DNA from: Octopus vulgaris
Taxonomy: Eukaryota
Length of the DNA: 64,000 bases
Direction: 5' to 3'
Assembly: GCA_951406725.2 (NCBI GenBank)
Contig: OX597830.1
Location: 36,208,001-36,272,000 of the forward strand
A program made the translations under genes and the position numbers. Every line of letters starts with the position of its first letter. The stretch's first letter is position 1. Shown here in pieces: positions 44,379 through 58,587 of this stretch. The notes below the pieces were generated by a model. The model was not told the DNA's origin and ran no database searches. It saw only the letters and a program-made list of their open reading frames with translations.

Positions 44379-45986
44379 CCATGGACAGATAATGAGGTGT
44401 AGTCCGGGATAACTTGGATCATAAATCCTTTACTGATCACAGAGAAAGAACTTCCGTATGTACCATTTGTAAGATCTTAAATTAATCAGATATTTGCAAT
44501 ATAAAAAGGAAGTATAGACAAGGAAATCTATTAAACACATTTCCGGTTTAAATTTATAGATATATATAGTAGACTATAAGCCAGTCAGGTGCTACCTGTC
44601 GCCTGCAAGACTTTCTGAATGGCACACCTGAAGAGAAATTATTAGAACTTTTTTAGTAGTGCGCCACGCAGGTCAGAAAACGTTGCCCTCATTGGTGTCA
44701 TTTTAAGAAGAAAAAAAACATTTTTAATACGTAAGCAATGATTGATATATTTCATATTGTATGTTATTTGTTGTTGTTTTTTTTTAGTTTTTGGCTTTTT
44801 ACTTCAATGATATTCCACACATAAATTCTTCGGTCAAAAATAATGTTTTGCACTTCGAAAATCACTTACACGAACCCCAACACTCGCGAACTCTGACGAG
44901 CAACAGAGAGCAATATAAGCACTACAATATATATAATTTGAATATATTAATGTGTATATATATAATTTTATGACTTTGTTTTAAACATTCCAAATCCGTA
45001 CATATTTTTCTGATCAAGGAAATGTGGATTACTGAAGTTCAAATGGTCTAACCTACGCACTTCTTCGCACATTCCTCGAAACGGCCGTAAGACTCTTTCT
45101 ATTTATTGGATTCATTTGAGGTCTTCTCTCTTGGATTATTGTGAACTCTTATCACATCCGCTTGGAGTTCATAACTGATCTGTATGTATTTATGCAATTA
45201 CTTATCCGACTTTGATTTGGGCACAGAATTACACTATTATATGTATATATATACATATATGTTTTTTTGTATGTTGTGTTTGCATATAATGGCTTGTATA
45301 GGCCCTCTGTGTTTAGATACGTGTCGGCTTTGATGAGAAGTATTATTGACCTTGGAACTTGTCTCTTTCAAACTAATACTTCATACTAATCGCTCAATAA
45401 ATTGAGCCTTACGCTGTTGTTTCTGGAAAATAGTTCACCTCTGTAATTTTTCATTACCTATATCTATATCTATATATATACATATACGTATGTATGTATG
45501 TATGTATGTATGTATGTATGTATGTATGTATGTATGTATGTATGTATGTATGTATGTATGTATGTATGTATGTATGTGTATGGATGCGTGTATATATACG
45601 TATAGATTTGTATGTTTGGTTTTAAATATATGTCTGGAAAGTTTTAAATATTTTTACAGTTCCAGTAATGGGTTCGATCTGTAGTCTTCGAATCAGCTTT
45701 CTCCTTTCTGGTTTTGGGAAGCCGAACGTATGTGTTTATGCATGTATGTATGTATGTATGTATGTATGTATGTATGTATGTATGTATGTATGTATGTACG
45801 CATGCACGTATGTATGTATGTATTTATGTATGTATGCATTTATGTATGTATGTACGTCCGAACTATGTATGTATACTTATACACCTACACACATATTCAC
45901 AGTCTAAACACAAGCACTCAAACGCGACACTCATATAGTGAAAAAGTCTAGAAATACTCTGCATGTTAAATTATATTGTATAAATT

Positions 45987-46030
<44 letters not shown>

Positions 46031-46074
46031 TGTATATATATATATATATATGTATTATACATACATACACACAT

Positions 46075-46125
<51 letters not shown>

Positions 46126-47350
46126 TGAGAAAGTTGGTGTATATATATATATATGTATGTAGGTATGTATGTATCAAGGACGGTAAATCACATATATTAA
46201 CATATATAAAATATATGTCGCTATGTTTGTTCGAATATGCGCGTGCGAGTGTGCATTACGCTTGTATGCGTATTCATGTATGTGTACACGTGCATGCATT
46301 CGCTTGTAAACTTACGCGTGTAAATGCACGCGCGTACGTGTGCTTCTATATAAATACAGCGAGACGGGGGAGAGAAAAAGCCAAAAATTGTCTTTAATTT
46401 CCTTCAGTTGTTGGGATTGGTTTTTAAATATCCAAAAGCGTCAAGTGACTTTATCTCGTTTATCATTCTTCTATTTGTGTCTCTAATTAATTGCTTAAAA
46501 CATTTTATAATTACAATATATTTGTGGGTGTCTTAAAGTACGTTATGCTCAGAATATCTTTTAGAAAACGTATTTTTATAGCAACGCAAGTTGCATCCTT
46601 AGGGTCAAATGTACTATGAAAGGAATGAATATGCACACACACATACATACATGCATACATATATGCATATTTACATGCAGCAGTTAGTTTTCTTAACACG
46701 TGCATAATAAGAAGAAAAATGTGTATAGACATTGATTGAATACATTAACGTATAAGACAATAAAAGATTATATATGCGGCTATATATTCAACACAAGACT
46801 TTGTCAACAATCGTTACAAAGAATGGTCTGTCATAGACAGTTAGGCAGATGCGCACATATACATACATACACACACACACATACACACACACACATATAT
46901 ATATATACATATACATATATATATATATATACATACACAAACACACACTTATGAATGTTTTATGTATGTATATGCATTTGTGATTATATGTATATATATG
47001 ATTATATATATATATATATACACATGAATGTGTGTTTGTGTATGCGAGTGTGCGTGTGTGTGTGTGTGTGTGTACGTATGCAGATATGTACTTATATACA
47101 TTCAGTCTTTTGTTTGCAGGTATTCCTACTCAAAACGGAGACAAATTTCAACACCTTCATCTCACACGCTTGAACAATTGTATATATCGTTTTGCATGAA
47201 ACCATTGGTAGCTATGTTAACCTACAAATAAAGAATATTTATCCAGCTATGAATTGTTAAGCGCTCATTCCCACTGTTTGATATCAGCATGCATAAACGT
47301 AAATGTGCATGTGTACATATAAGCAACAGATGAGATCCAGAGGTTTTCAG

Positions 47351-47591
47351 TAACACACCAACATCAGCTGTCAAGCGATGATGGGTGAACAAACACAGGC
47401 ACACAAACAAATACAAACATACATACATATATATATATATACGACGGGCTTCTTTCAAATCCACTCACAAGGCTTTGGTCGGTTTGAGGCTATAGTAAAA
47501 GACACTTACCTAAGGTGCTACGAAGTGGGACTGAACCCGGAAACATGTGGTTGGGAAGCAAGCTTCTTACCACACAGTCATTCCTGCGCCT
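47351..47591 (-). mobile_element. SINE family A, 5' two-thirds
   Basis: Colinear with 32980-33221. Confidence 0.85.
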
Positions 47592-48404
47592 AAGTTAGTA
47601 GATAATTTTATTCTGAAAAGCGATTTTAATAAAGTGTATCCATTCTCTCCTTGCCGCACCCTTTTCATGCTATTTAACACCCCTTAAGGGTACAGGTATT
47701 CAAAGATGCGAAACTCTGCCTTAGACAATGCAATCCACTTTACATCCAAAAAGACGACACGGTTATGGCAGAATATATTTGATTACATATATCTGCTTGA
47801 TTGAGGTTGACCTAGTGTTAAACAGCAACAACAACTTCTGTTAAAATATTTGCGGGTTTTATTATTATTTTTTTTTTGATTCGCTTTGTGTAAAAGTCTA
47901 AAGAAGTCATTTTACTTTTCTTTTCCTTTCTTTATCTATTGTTAGGAAAACACTTCAGTTTATAAACAGAAATTTCTATTATTTCGTTTCGTTTTTCTTC
48001 TTTCTCTTTTTAGCTTTCATTTACAACAGACGTTTGAGCTAATAGATTTTAATGGTGTTGTCAATTATCTCTATTATCGTTATTAATCAAAACCTATGAA
48101 AGAACTGATATTAAAAGAAAAAAACAGAAACCCACTCCACACTAACTCTACGGTGTTGCTATTTCATCAGAAAAGCGTTTGATTGACATATGTATTATTA
48201 ACGGTTCTCTGTTGCAAAATCTCCTGGGTTTCTGAAATTTTGGTTCTTTAAACAAATCAAGTTTAATAAAATTCAGCCTGGGTTTTGTCTAGGGCATTTT
48301 CTTCGAAAATTCTCATGAAAACTCAATTTGCAACAAAGTAATCTAAAAAGGATTGTTTCGGAAGGGGTTAAATAAAAACTCTATGCATCAATTTCTCTCT
48401 GTCC

Positions 48405-48455
<51 letters not shown>

Positions 48456-48725
48456 TCCTCTCTCTCCCTTCTCTCTCTCCCTCCTTCTCTCTCTCCCTCC
48501 TTCTCTCTCTCCTCTTCTCTTTCTCCTTCCTCCTCTCTCTTTCTCTCTCTGTAGAGTAGATTTTCTACAATAGGGTTTAATTTGTAAGTTGTATTTTTCT
48601 TTGGGTATAAGTGTGAAGAACTGAGTCTACATAGTATTGCTCACACATGGGATAAATAGAAAAAGAGACAGACAGACAAACGGACGGACATGCAGACAGG
48701 CAGACAGACAGACAGACAGACAGAC

Positions 48726-48797
<72 letters not shown>

Positions 48798-48959
48798 GGA
48801 TGGATGGATAGATATGGGTTTGTGCAAGGAGCTAAAGTAGGTGCAAACACAACTATATGCAAGTAGGGGCTTATTTAGAAGCGAAAATGCTTGGTGAAGA
48901 ATATACACAAGAGTGGATGCTGTATGCACATGTTTATGTTCCTATCTTTTGGCTTTCAT

Positions 48960-49200
48960 TTTTTTTTTACTTATTTCAGTTATTGGACTGCGACCCTACT
49001 GGAGTACCACCTTGAAGGGTCCAGTCGATAAATGGAACCCACTACGTATTTTGGTTTTGTTTTTCTGTTTGTTTTTTGTGTTTCTTTTTCACTTTTTTAA
49101 GCCTGGTATTTCTTCTAACAGGCTTTTTTGCAGGAATGTAAACAAACTAACACCGGTTGTCAAGCGGTGGTCAGCACAAATTCAAACACACACACACACA
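48960..49200 (-). mobile_element. SINE family A, 3' half
   Basis: ggactgcgaccctactggagtaccaccttgaagg...caccggttgtcaagcg. Confidence 0.7.
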
Positions 49201-49371
49201 GAAAATGTATAATTGTAATCCGTAAATGAAATAAAATGAACAGATGTAAGATATTCTGGTCTTGGACAAATTCACTAGACATCTGTCTAATTTCTTAACA
49301 CACCCGTTTCATTTCGAGACATCCTAAAGCGTTGAAATACACACAACGAGAAAAAAAATCTGAAAAAATAT

Positions 49372-49568
49372 TCTTCTTTTATTCTTTTATTCTTTTACTT
49401 GTTTCACTCATTTGACTACGGCCATGCTGGAGCACTGCCTTTAGTCGAACAAATCGAACCCAGGATTTATTATTTTCTACGATAAGCCTAGTACTTATTC
49501 TATTGCTCACTTTAGCCGCCATCGGTTGTCAAGCGATGGTGGGGTGACAAACAAAGACACACAAATAC

Positions 49569-49666
<98 letters not shown>

Positions 49667-49793
49667 TCAAGAGGTCTTCGTTGACCCGTGGCTACAGTAG
49701 AAGACACTTACCCAACGTGCCACGCATTGAGACTGAACCCGGAACCTTGTAGAGGGGAAGCAAATTTCTTACCATACAACCACTCCTACGCCT
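49372..49793 (-). mobile_element. SINE family A with internal deletions and (TA)n
   Basis: Tail ttttacttgtttcactcatttgactacggccatgctggagc; head ccactcctacgcct. Confidence 0.8.
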
Positions 49794-49845
49794 ATAAAAG
49801 CTTACTAGCCTGCCATGGGCAAAGAGAGACAGACAGAAAGAGTGC

Positions 49846-49935
<90 letters not shown>

Positions 49936-50183
49936 GAGGGAGAGAAGGACACAGAGAGAGACAGTGAGAGGCAGAGAGTGAAGGTGAATGGGAGTCAAAT
50001 GCGTTTTGGTAAGTTTGATCTGGAAGTCAGTGGCAGTTGTGTTAATTAGTTGCCCATTTTACGAGTCTTTCTGCGGAAAATGACATAAATTTATCAGCAA
50101 AAGCCAGACCAACCGCCTCCAGATATCTAACAGCCTACGGCAGGCGTCATCTTCGACATTAGTTTCAATTTCTGAGTATATGC

Positions 50184-50214
<31 letters not shown>

Positions 50215-50309
50215 ATATGTATGTATGTATATATGTATGTATATACATATATACATATATGTATATATATATATATATATATATGTACATATATATGTAC
50301 ATATATACA

Positions 50310-50353
<44 letters not shown>

Positions 50354-50373
50354 TATATATGTACATATATACA

Positions 50374-50415
<42 letters not shown>

Positions 50416-50897
50416 TATATATATATACATGCATATACACATATATATACATATATATACATATATATATATGTGTGTGTGCGTGTGTGTGTAAGCATAT
50501 ACGTAGGCGTGTGGCATGCATGTAGGTATTATGTAGATAAATATGCATAGATGTACGTGCATATATGTATATATATATAGGTACATGCATGTATGTAGAT
50601 TCCTGCACAACGCACACACATATATGCACACACGCACATACATACACATACACATATATACATATGCATATACATGAAATAGATAGATAGATGTATACAT
50701 AGATGCGCATGTATACACACATACATAACTACATACATATATACGTACTTAAGTTTTTATAACAATTAGCCATCCCGCCATATTCGATTCTAGAGGAAGT
50801 ATATTAGAAGATGTCTCTTCTATTTTTTCTTTTCTCGTCATTTTCCTCCTTGTTCCACTTTCTTACACTCTCTGTCTCACAACTTTGCTCTCTTTCC

Positions 50898-50948
<51 letters not shown>

Positions 50949-52377
50949 ACTCACCTTCTCTCTCTTCTTCCTATTCCCACTTTTTTTGCAGAATTGTAAT
51001 CATGCGTTTTGATATTGTACCGCTATGCCAATGTAACTTCACGAGGTTTCGTATTCAGCAAATTGTACTTTATGAGGACTCTTGTTCGGCCAACTGATTA
51101 ACTTTTTTGAATTAACGTAAAAGTGGCTGAATATCCCACAGGCATGTGTACCATTTACGTGTTACTGAAGTATATTTAGCGCATGACACAATTAATTTAA
51201 CAATCCGCCATTTTGACTGCAATGTTTTGAGCGAATTTTCGGAGTCACTCTTAATGTATTCAAAAGGAAAAACAAAATAATTTATGTTAAATCCCTAGAT
51301 TATTATTTACTATTGTTATGGCCGAGTTTCAACCCGGGCCACAGCGGCAAAGTCCACCTGCCACACTTCTCATTACTGTCTCGAGGTGAAATCTATATTC
51401 CAGGCCAGTGTCTGCATTCAAGTTGTTGATGTGTGTTGACGTTTTCTTCTTCTTACATCACTATGAAACTGGTTCCAGAACCCTAATGTAGATGCTTCTA
51501 GTTCAGGGTGGCTTTTATTCAAACCAAATATCTAGAACCACATTATTTAACGTTTCTTTTATCTAAAAAACAAATGAAAGAATACAAATACGAGGAAGAT
51601 TTTAATTTTTATTTTTAGCTGATGAAACAACACGTTTAAGTCATTCGTGATGCTGTCACAACAAAGAGCCGGGCAAGGAATGATCAAAGGAAAGCAATTT
51701 TCTATGCCTTCTAGGATCACCTGGATTCCCTCCACCAATGACCACCAATACCACCATTGCTACCAACGTCAACACCATTACTAATTGTGATGATTGCCTG
51801 AATTCTGTCGACGCCTCTCGTTTTAATATGGTTCTTTGTATTTATCATAAAATACATTGGTTTTCATGAATACGGTAGAGGCGATCGCGAAGATTCTGTC
51901 ATTGATGTCAAGATGGTGTTAATGATAATGATTATAATTAAAAATATTCTCGCTATTACCACCACCACAGCTATAACGGGCATCCAGATTGCTAACATGC
52001 GCAACACCAACATCAACAGCGCCACCGCTACCACCAACGCCACTCCCGCCAACGCCGCCACCACCAACGCCACTACCACCAACGCCACCAACACCAATAC
52101 CAACAACAGCAACGCCACCAACGCCAACACCAACAACACCAACGCCACCAGCACCAACGCTACCACTACCACCACCACTACCACTAAAACCGTTACATAC
52201 AAGATCGAAAGAAATTTTCAATACCCCAACGCCATCTTCCTCTCAAAGATTTCTTCTACTATGAGTATATTTTTTTCTGTAAAAACCTATTCTCACATCA
52301 AATGAATCAACTTCCCGTACAAATGTACGTCATTTTTCAACAAAAAATATTTCTAAAATATTCTGGAAACGATATAC

Positions 52378-52449
52378 TCATGTAATTTATGCCCCCACTA
52401 AAGTTTTTCGGGGAAAAAAGTGCATAAATTACATGGGTTTTTACGGTAG
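52378..52449. mobile_element. probable one-sided pogo/Tigger-type MITE end
   Basis: Hairpin catgtaatttatgc/gcataaattacatg ending in ttttacggTA; partner end not found. Confidence 0.35.
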
Positions 52450-53309
52450 AATCTATCAAGTGAGAATCTATGTCGTCGCTTGATCTGCTGGAAATGGCTG
52501 CCAGAACTCCATCAAATCACAGTCTAGTAAAACAGTGGACGAACAGAAGCTTGCGAACCGCATTCTGCTCTCAAAGCACAACATGTGGTTCCCGAAATAA
52601 TATCGAGTTTTAGTTGTTTTCCCTAAAACATCTTTAACATTCAGGAAGACTATAATTGGGTTTTAAGATATTAACTGCAAAAATGAAGTCGCGATAAAAG
52701 CCTTCACAGAACAAAGATTAGTTAATCTACTTAAATGAGGAAAACTAAGTCATAGTATAACTCCATATTGAGAAATATTGTTTTTAAAGTATCTCTGGTG
52801 ATTCTTGAACGATAAAGAAATATCATATGTGGTTCTTGTTATAGAACAAGTTGACCGTTCTATAACTTCAATTTTATCCCTAAAATTTTTTTCCTTACTA
52901 CCAAACATTTGGAACCAAGATCCACTCAAGACTTTTAATTTGTGACATTTTCACGGTGGGAGAGAGTAGTGAACTCCACTGTGCCGTTTTACCACGTCTT
53001 TCTCTTACTCTTTCTTCCTTCTTCTGCCACAAAGCAGAGGAACCATGGTGTAACCCACTATGATGTGGTAAACATTCAGACCCTAGTCTAGAGTGCGAAT
53101 CTTCTGTAACCCAGGATAGTTCAGCTCTCCACCCGTTAAAAGCCACCGTTTACGGAATGAGGGTAACAACGTAGCTTTCTCGCCCGTGCAACCGCCGGTC
53201 TATCGCGTGTGGTGGGTGGATCTTCAAGTTGCCACACGCATTCTTAGTAGATTAGCGTAGGCTCGGATTAGAGATTATTCTTTGTGGCTAATGGCGTGAG
53301 GTCCTGATT

Positions 53310-53362
53310 AGAAGAAGAAGAAGAAGAAGAAGAAGAAGAAGAAGAAGAAGAAGAAGAAGAAG

Positions 53363-53397
<35 letters not shown>

Positions 53398-53760
53398 GAA
53401 TAATAATAAGAAGAAGAAGAACAACAACAACAAGAACAAGAAAAACAACAACAACAACAACAACAAGAACAAGAAGAAGAAGAAGAACAACAACAACAAC
53501 AAGAGGACAAGAGCAGCAAGAACAGCGACAGCAAAAATACTACCAACACAAACGGCAGCACCACCTCTAATACGACTTCTGCAACAACCAATTCCACAAC
53601 CAACATCACAGTAGCAGCGTAATGATACAATGCACCTAACACTACCAACACCACAACTACCACGATACAACACCCACCACCAACACCAACACCACCAACG
53701 CAACCATCACGTCGCCACCAACACCAACAATACCACCAACACCACCAGCAGTTCCAGCAT
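53310..53760. repeat. (GAA)n/(CAA)n/(CCA)n compound tract
   Basis: Direct inspection. Confidence 0.9.
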
Positions 53761-54501
53761 CAACGCCACCATCACATCGCCATCTTAATCATAGAAGCAT
53801 CACCAGCAACTGCTGCCCTCAAGGTGGATAATTTGAAGAAGGGAACAGCCATTTCCAACCTCACATATTACACCGTAACGACTCATTTGGTGGGGGACTA
53901 ATGGCGTGGCTTTTGGTAGAGAAATTAACAGAATGGGAGGTGCGGTGCATATTGCCAGCCTTCTCAAATTACTTTGTTAATTACACACCTCACATTTGCA
54001 AAAACTGACCCTTAACACCCCAACTGGAACCTTCACACGCGCACATATATACATATACATACTCACACACTCACACGTATACATATACGCATACACTCGT
54101 ATTCTCATGTTCTTGTATTCTCATATTCGTGTTTCTTTCGCTCGATCTGTGTTGTCTTTCCGTCTGCACAGCCATCGATCAATGTACTTTCTCTCCATTT
54201 GTCGGCATATATACGTGTGTGTATGTATATATGTATATATATACGTATATGTATGTATATTTATGTATATACATACAATACATATATATATATATATATA
54301 TATTCTTTATATATATGATAGATCGTTAGCCACTACACACATTTTTTCTCTCCTTGTTTGTCTCTTTGTTTCTTTCGTTCTTTGTTCCTTTCTGTGGAAG
54401 AGCATAGACTCGAAACGTTAAAGATTTTTTCAATTTCCGAGCGTTATACTAATACATCTTGTTTTGTTTTTGTTTTTGTGAATTGTCCACATATATATAT
54501 A

Positions 54502-55058
54502 CGAGGGTGAGTCAAAAACTAATGCCATTTTGGTTAGGCAGGTATAATTACCAACACAGGAACATGTATCATACATCAAAATGAAGCTGGTCTTCTGTGT
54601 ATCACATCCTTTCTTTTGAACATAGCCACCGTTTCTCTCAATAGCAATGTCCCACCTTCGAATGAGACCATGTATCCCTGTCCCGTTAAATTCTGTTGAC
54701 TGTTCTCTGAGCCACTTCTTCACTAGTTTTCACTTCCTCGTCACCGGAATAATTTAGCGCCTTCAGGCTATCATCTCTGCGGCTCCATGAAAGAGGGTTT
54801 GAGAGGCAAACATTATTCCAGTGACAAGGAAGTGAAGACTGTAGGGAAGAAGTGGCTCAAAGAACAGTCAACAGAATTTTACGGGGCAGGGATACATGCT
54901 CGCATTCGAAGGCGGAACACTGCTATCGAGAGAAACGGCGACTATGTTGAGAAGTAGGATATGTTCCACAGATGACCAGCTTCATTTTGATGTATGTTCC
55001 TGTGTTGGTAATTATATCTGTCCTAAACAAAATGGCATTACTTTTTGACTCATCCTCG
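54502..55058. mobile_element. mariner-derived foldback element built from two 3' ends (~250-bp arms)
   Basis: TA flanks; termini cgagggtgagtcaaaaa / tttttgactcatcctcg; 54754-54957 translates LAPSGYHLCGSMKEGLRGKHYSSDKEVK...KWLKEQSTEFY...RNGDYVEK*, a mariner transposase C-terminus. Confidence 0.9.
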
Positions 55059-55282
55059 TATACATCGCCCGTAAACATATATCCGAAAAAAGAAGCTCAC
55101 TTTAAGTACAGAGCAGAGTATAGTGAGGTTAAATGAGGCCGGTTTATGGGATTACCTTAGGTTTCAGGTCCATAAAGGGCTTGGTTATATGGCGTATCAT
55201 CAGATCCCAAAACCTGTTGGCTAAAGGTCTCTCTAGTGAGTGTGGCCTCTCTAGAATATGGAGGAAATGAGCTCAATACTCG

Positions 55283-55322
<40 letters not shown>

Positions 55323-55323
<1 letters not shown>

Positions 55324-56168
55324 ATGGAAAAATGCGTGCAAGAGAAATAATATTCTTAAGATTATAACCCTTCAAAAGTTCAGGACAAGTTATTACATCT
55401 GGTAAAGTACAGACCAAGAAAAGTTTTACTTAAAATATTGCTGCTAAGGATAAAACTTCAAATAAAATATTTAGATTTAGAAAATATTAGCTTTTGTTAA
55501 AACTAAAATTTTATTACAAGTTATTATTTCATTTGTTGTTACTTGTTATTTTTATTAAAAATTTTAAATAACTCAAAATTGTTTTGCACTTAAAAAGATT
55601 CATTTTTTTTTTATTAATAATTAGTAATTAGAAACTTGAAAATAGGTTATAAAATTTTAATAGTCGTACATAATTAGTACAATAAATTGAATAATAAAAA
55701 AAAATCAGTTATATATTACAGTAAAATCTACCTATAACAACAAATTCACAATAAAATTTGCTTGAGTTATTGTCTAAGTTATTGCCAAGTCTTCATATTT
55801 TTGGTCTTGCCCCAATGCCTATTTTTACATAATGAATTTGCCTACTATATATACTATTCTACTTTGCATAAAACTTTAGCTATATTGGTACTTCTGACTC
55901 TCATTTTTTAAGTATTCTAGTGCGTCAATATTTTAAAAAAGTGATGGTACATTTTTTAATTATAATGCTACTTTGTAAATTAAGGTCAAATAATTTTTAA
56001 TATTCAAATGTTATCCTTAGCTGCAATATTTCAACTAAAAATTTTCTGGTTCTGTACTTTACCAGATGTAATAACTCTTCCTGAACTTTTCCAGGTGTAA
56101 GAACTTGTCCTCTACTTTTTCAGGTTTATAATCTTAAGAATATTATTTCTTGCTCGCATTTTTCCATG
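55323..56168. mobile_element. AT-rich non-autonomous DNA transposon with ~140-170 bp TIRs
   Basis: TA-catggaaaaatgcg...gctaaggataa mirrored by ttatccttagc...cgcatttttccatg-TA; superfamily not assigned. Confidence 0.7.
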
Positions 56169-56289
56169 TAATCTATGTTTTTTCCAGGCTATGCTATTAT
56201 GCCAATTAATAATATGTCAATCAATAATTTAAGATTTTACCATATTGAAAATTGAATAATAAATTTAAAGTGTAAGCTGAGTGTGTATG

Positions 56290-57430
56290 TGAGAGAGGTG
56301 TGTGTTGTTGTTGTGTGTGTGAGGGAGAGAGACACAGCATAATTTTTTTTTCCTCGCATCTTTTTTAGTTTGTGAGTGATTGATTGAGAGAGAGAGGTGT
56401 AATCAGGGAGAAAGAGAGGAGTTGACACAGAGAGAGAGGTGTTATCAAAGAGAGAGTATGATAACGTAAATTTTACTTATTTACTTTCTCTCATCTTTTT
56501 TAGTGCGTGTTTGACTGAGAGAATGAGAGACAGATGTGCTGTCAGAGAGAGAGAGAAGGTTGTCTTACTGTGTGTGTGAGAGAGAGAAAGGGAGAGAGTG
56601 ATAGCGTAACTTTTTTATTTAGTTAGTTTTTCTCGAATCTTTTTTAATGAGTGAGTGTGTGAGTGATTGACTGAGAGAAAGAGAGGTGTTGTCATGTATG
56701 TGTAAAATGGCTATTGTCAGTCACACACGCACACAAAGAGTCCAGAAGCTGGCTACCCGCATGGTTCTTGGTCTCAAGCATTTGTCTTATGAAGAAAGGC
56801 TGAAGACGCTCGACCTTTATTCTCTAGAAAAACGACGACGCCGTGGTGATCTTATTCTCGCTCACAACATCATAAGCGGAAAGTGAAACCTCTCGAAAGA
56901 GCTGTTCTTCACTCTTGCTCCAGAACGTCGGCTGCGGGATCACTCCGAAAAGCTCTATCTGCGACGATTTCATCTCAATCGAAGGAGAGTGGCTTTCTCC
57001 GTCCGGGTTGCGGATCCGTGGAATAAGCTGCCGGACGAGATAGTGAAGATGCCGACGACCGCTCGGTTCAAAGTCTCTCTTGACCAGAAATGGCCTGAAC
57101 TCTTTACATGAACACCCTCCCTGTACATAACTCCATGTCCCCCAATATGGCCTTAGGTTTTGCTTTTTGAGCCAAAAAATTAACTTAACTTAACAAACAC
57201 ATTCGAACACCCATTATCTGTTGAACACCCATTATCATGTAAGCATAAATACATATGCTTACATGTTATGTGTGCGTGTCAGAGGGAAAAAGTCAGCCAC
57301 TGAGTGAAGGTATGTGTTCTCATGAGAATTTTTTTTTTTGCATGTATGTATAAGTAGCTAAGAAAAATTTACGCTATCACTCTCTCTCTCTATCTATCTA
57401 TCTATCTATCACTCATTCGCTCTCTCTCTT

Positions 57431-57461
<31 letters not shown>

Positions 57462-57469
57462 GCAACACA

Positions 57470-57522
<53 letters not shown>

Positions 57523-57620
57523 AGTCAATCACTGATACATTCATTGAAAAACGATGCAAGAAAAAATAAATAAGAAATCTACGCTGTCACTCTCTATCTC
57601 ACACACACAACACACACTTT
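56290..57620. repeat. degenerate ~120-bp units, direct on the left (56290-56690) and inverted on the right (57355-57620)
   Basis: gagagtgatagcgtaa and gtgattgactga on the left; ttacgctatcactctc and tcagtcaatcac on the right. Confidence 0.55.
56735..57194 (+). mobile_element. CR1-group LINE, 5'-truncated 3' fragment (pseudogenised ORF2)
   Basis: [40 protein letters not shown]...*...RDHSEKL...FSVRVADPWNKLP...FKVSLD; in-frame stop at 56884, terminal stop 57109-57111, (TTAAC)n tail. Confidence 0.9.
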
Positions 57621-58522
57621 CGGTCTCGTACGCCCCATAAACACATACAGACATCCATGTCCATTTCCTCTCTCTTTTACTTTATGCTGACTTCAAACGA
57701 AATGTATATTTCCACTCACAAAAATGAATAAATAAAATAATTTTATGGGATTTACCGAACGCCGTAAGGTAACAGTTGAGCTGCGCGCACACGCTTTCAA
57801 GTTAAAACGAAGGATTGCCAAAATGGCTGGGATATTGCCAAAATTTCTAAATAATATTTAAATTTGTTTCATTTTTATGATATAATTGCATTAATTAATA
57901 CAGATGACGTAATTAAACTAATTGCAAATTAGCGGTGTCGTTGATAATTTTTCCTTACCTGAATGATTCCGGTGACATATATTCATAAAAAGGTATGAAA
58001 CTATATTATCACCCTCAAAACTTCCTTGCATCAGATTAATAACATAAAATTCCACGAATTGAGCTGTGTCATTTAAGCTTAATTAAAATATAGTTTGTTT
58101 TCAAAATAAGAAAACAATTATGCTTAAATCCATTTTTTGCCTTATTTATATTTTTTCATGATATTTTACGTTACAATTTTTTAATACAAATTTTTGTTGC
58201 ATGGGATCAAAACTATGAAATTCTTCATACTTTCTTCTATCATAGAAGCTAAGATAAATATATTTTGCTTTTAAAATTAAGAAAAGTTATTCAGATCTAA
58301 ACTTGATTGGGAGCGTTAAATCCACATCTTTGTCGTATATCTACCTTCTCTATAATGTTGCCACTTGATTTGAAAATTTTTGTATTAATGAAAAACCTTT
58401 ATAATTGGCTGAGGAATACTCAGCATCTTAAATCTGTTGTAATACTTACAACATTTAATAAAATGATGTAGTACGAAACGATCGTACCAAATTACCGGAG
58501 TCATTCTTGTCGCTTATTTTGA

Positions 58523-58587
<65 letters not shown>

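Noticed and set aside
51913-52305. Thr/Asn/Ala-rich mucin-like or antifreeze-like ORF
   Set aside because: A degenerate (ACC/AAC/GCC)n tract open in four frames, like other triplet tracts in the window.
52898-53310. GC-richer segment with small ORF and hairpin (gcgtgtgg/ccacacgc) before (GAA)n
   Set aside because: Could be a retroelement end, but there is no second copy or protein motif in the window.
57961-58506. 15-bp imperfect inverted repeat gaatgattccggtga / ttaccggagtcattc
   Set aside because: Two mismatches and no TSD; a transposon call is not supportable without a genome search.
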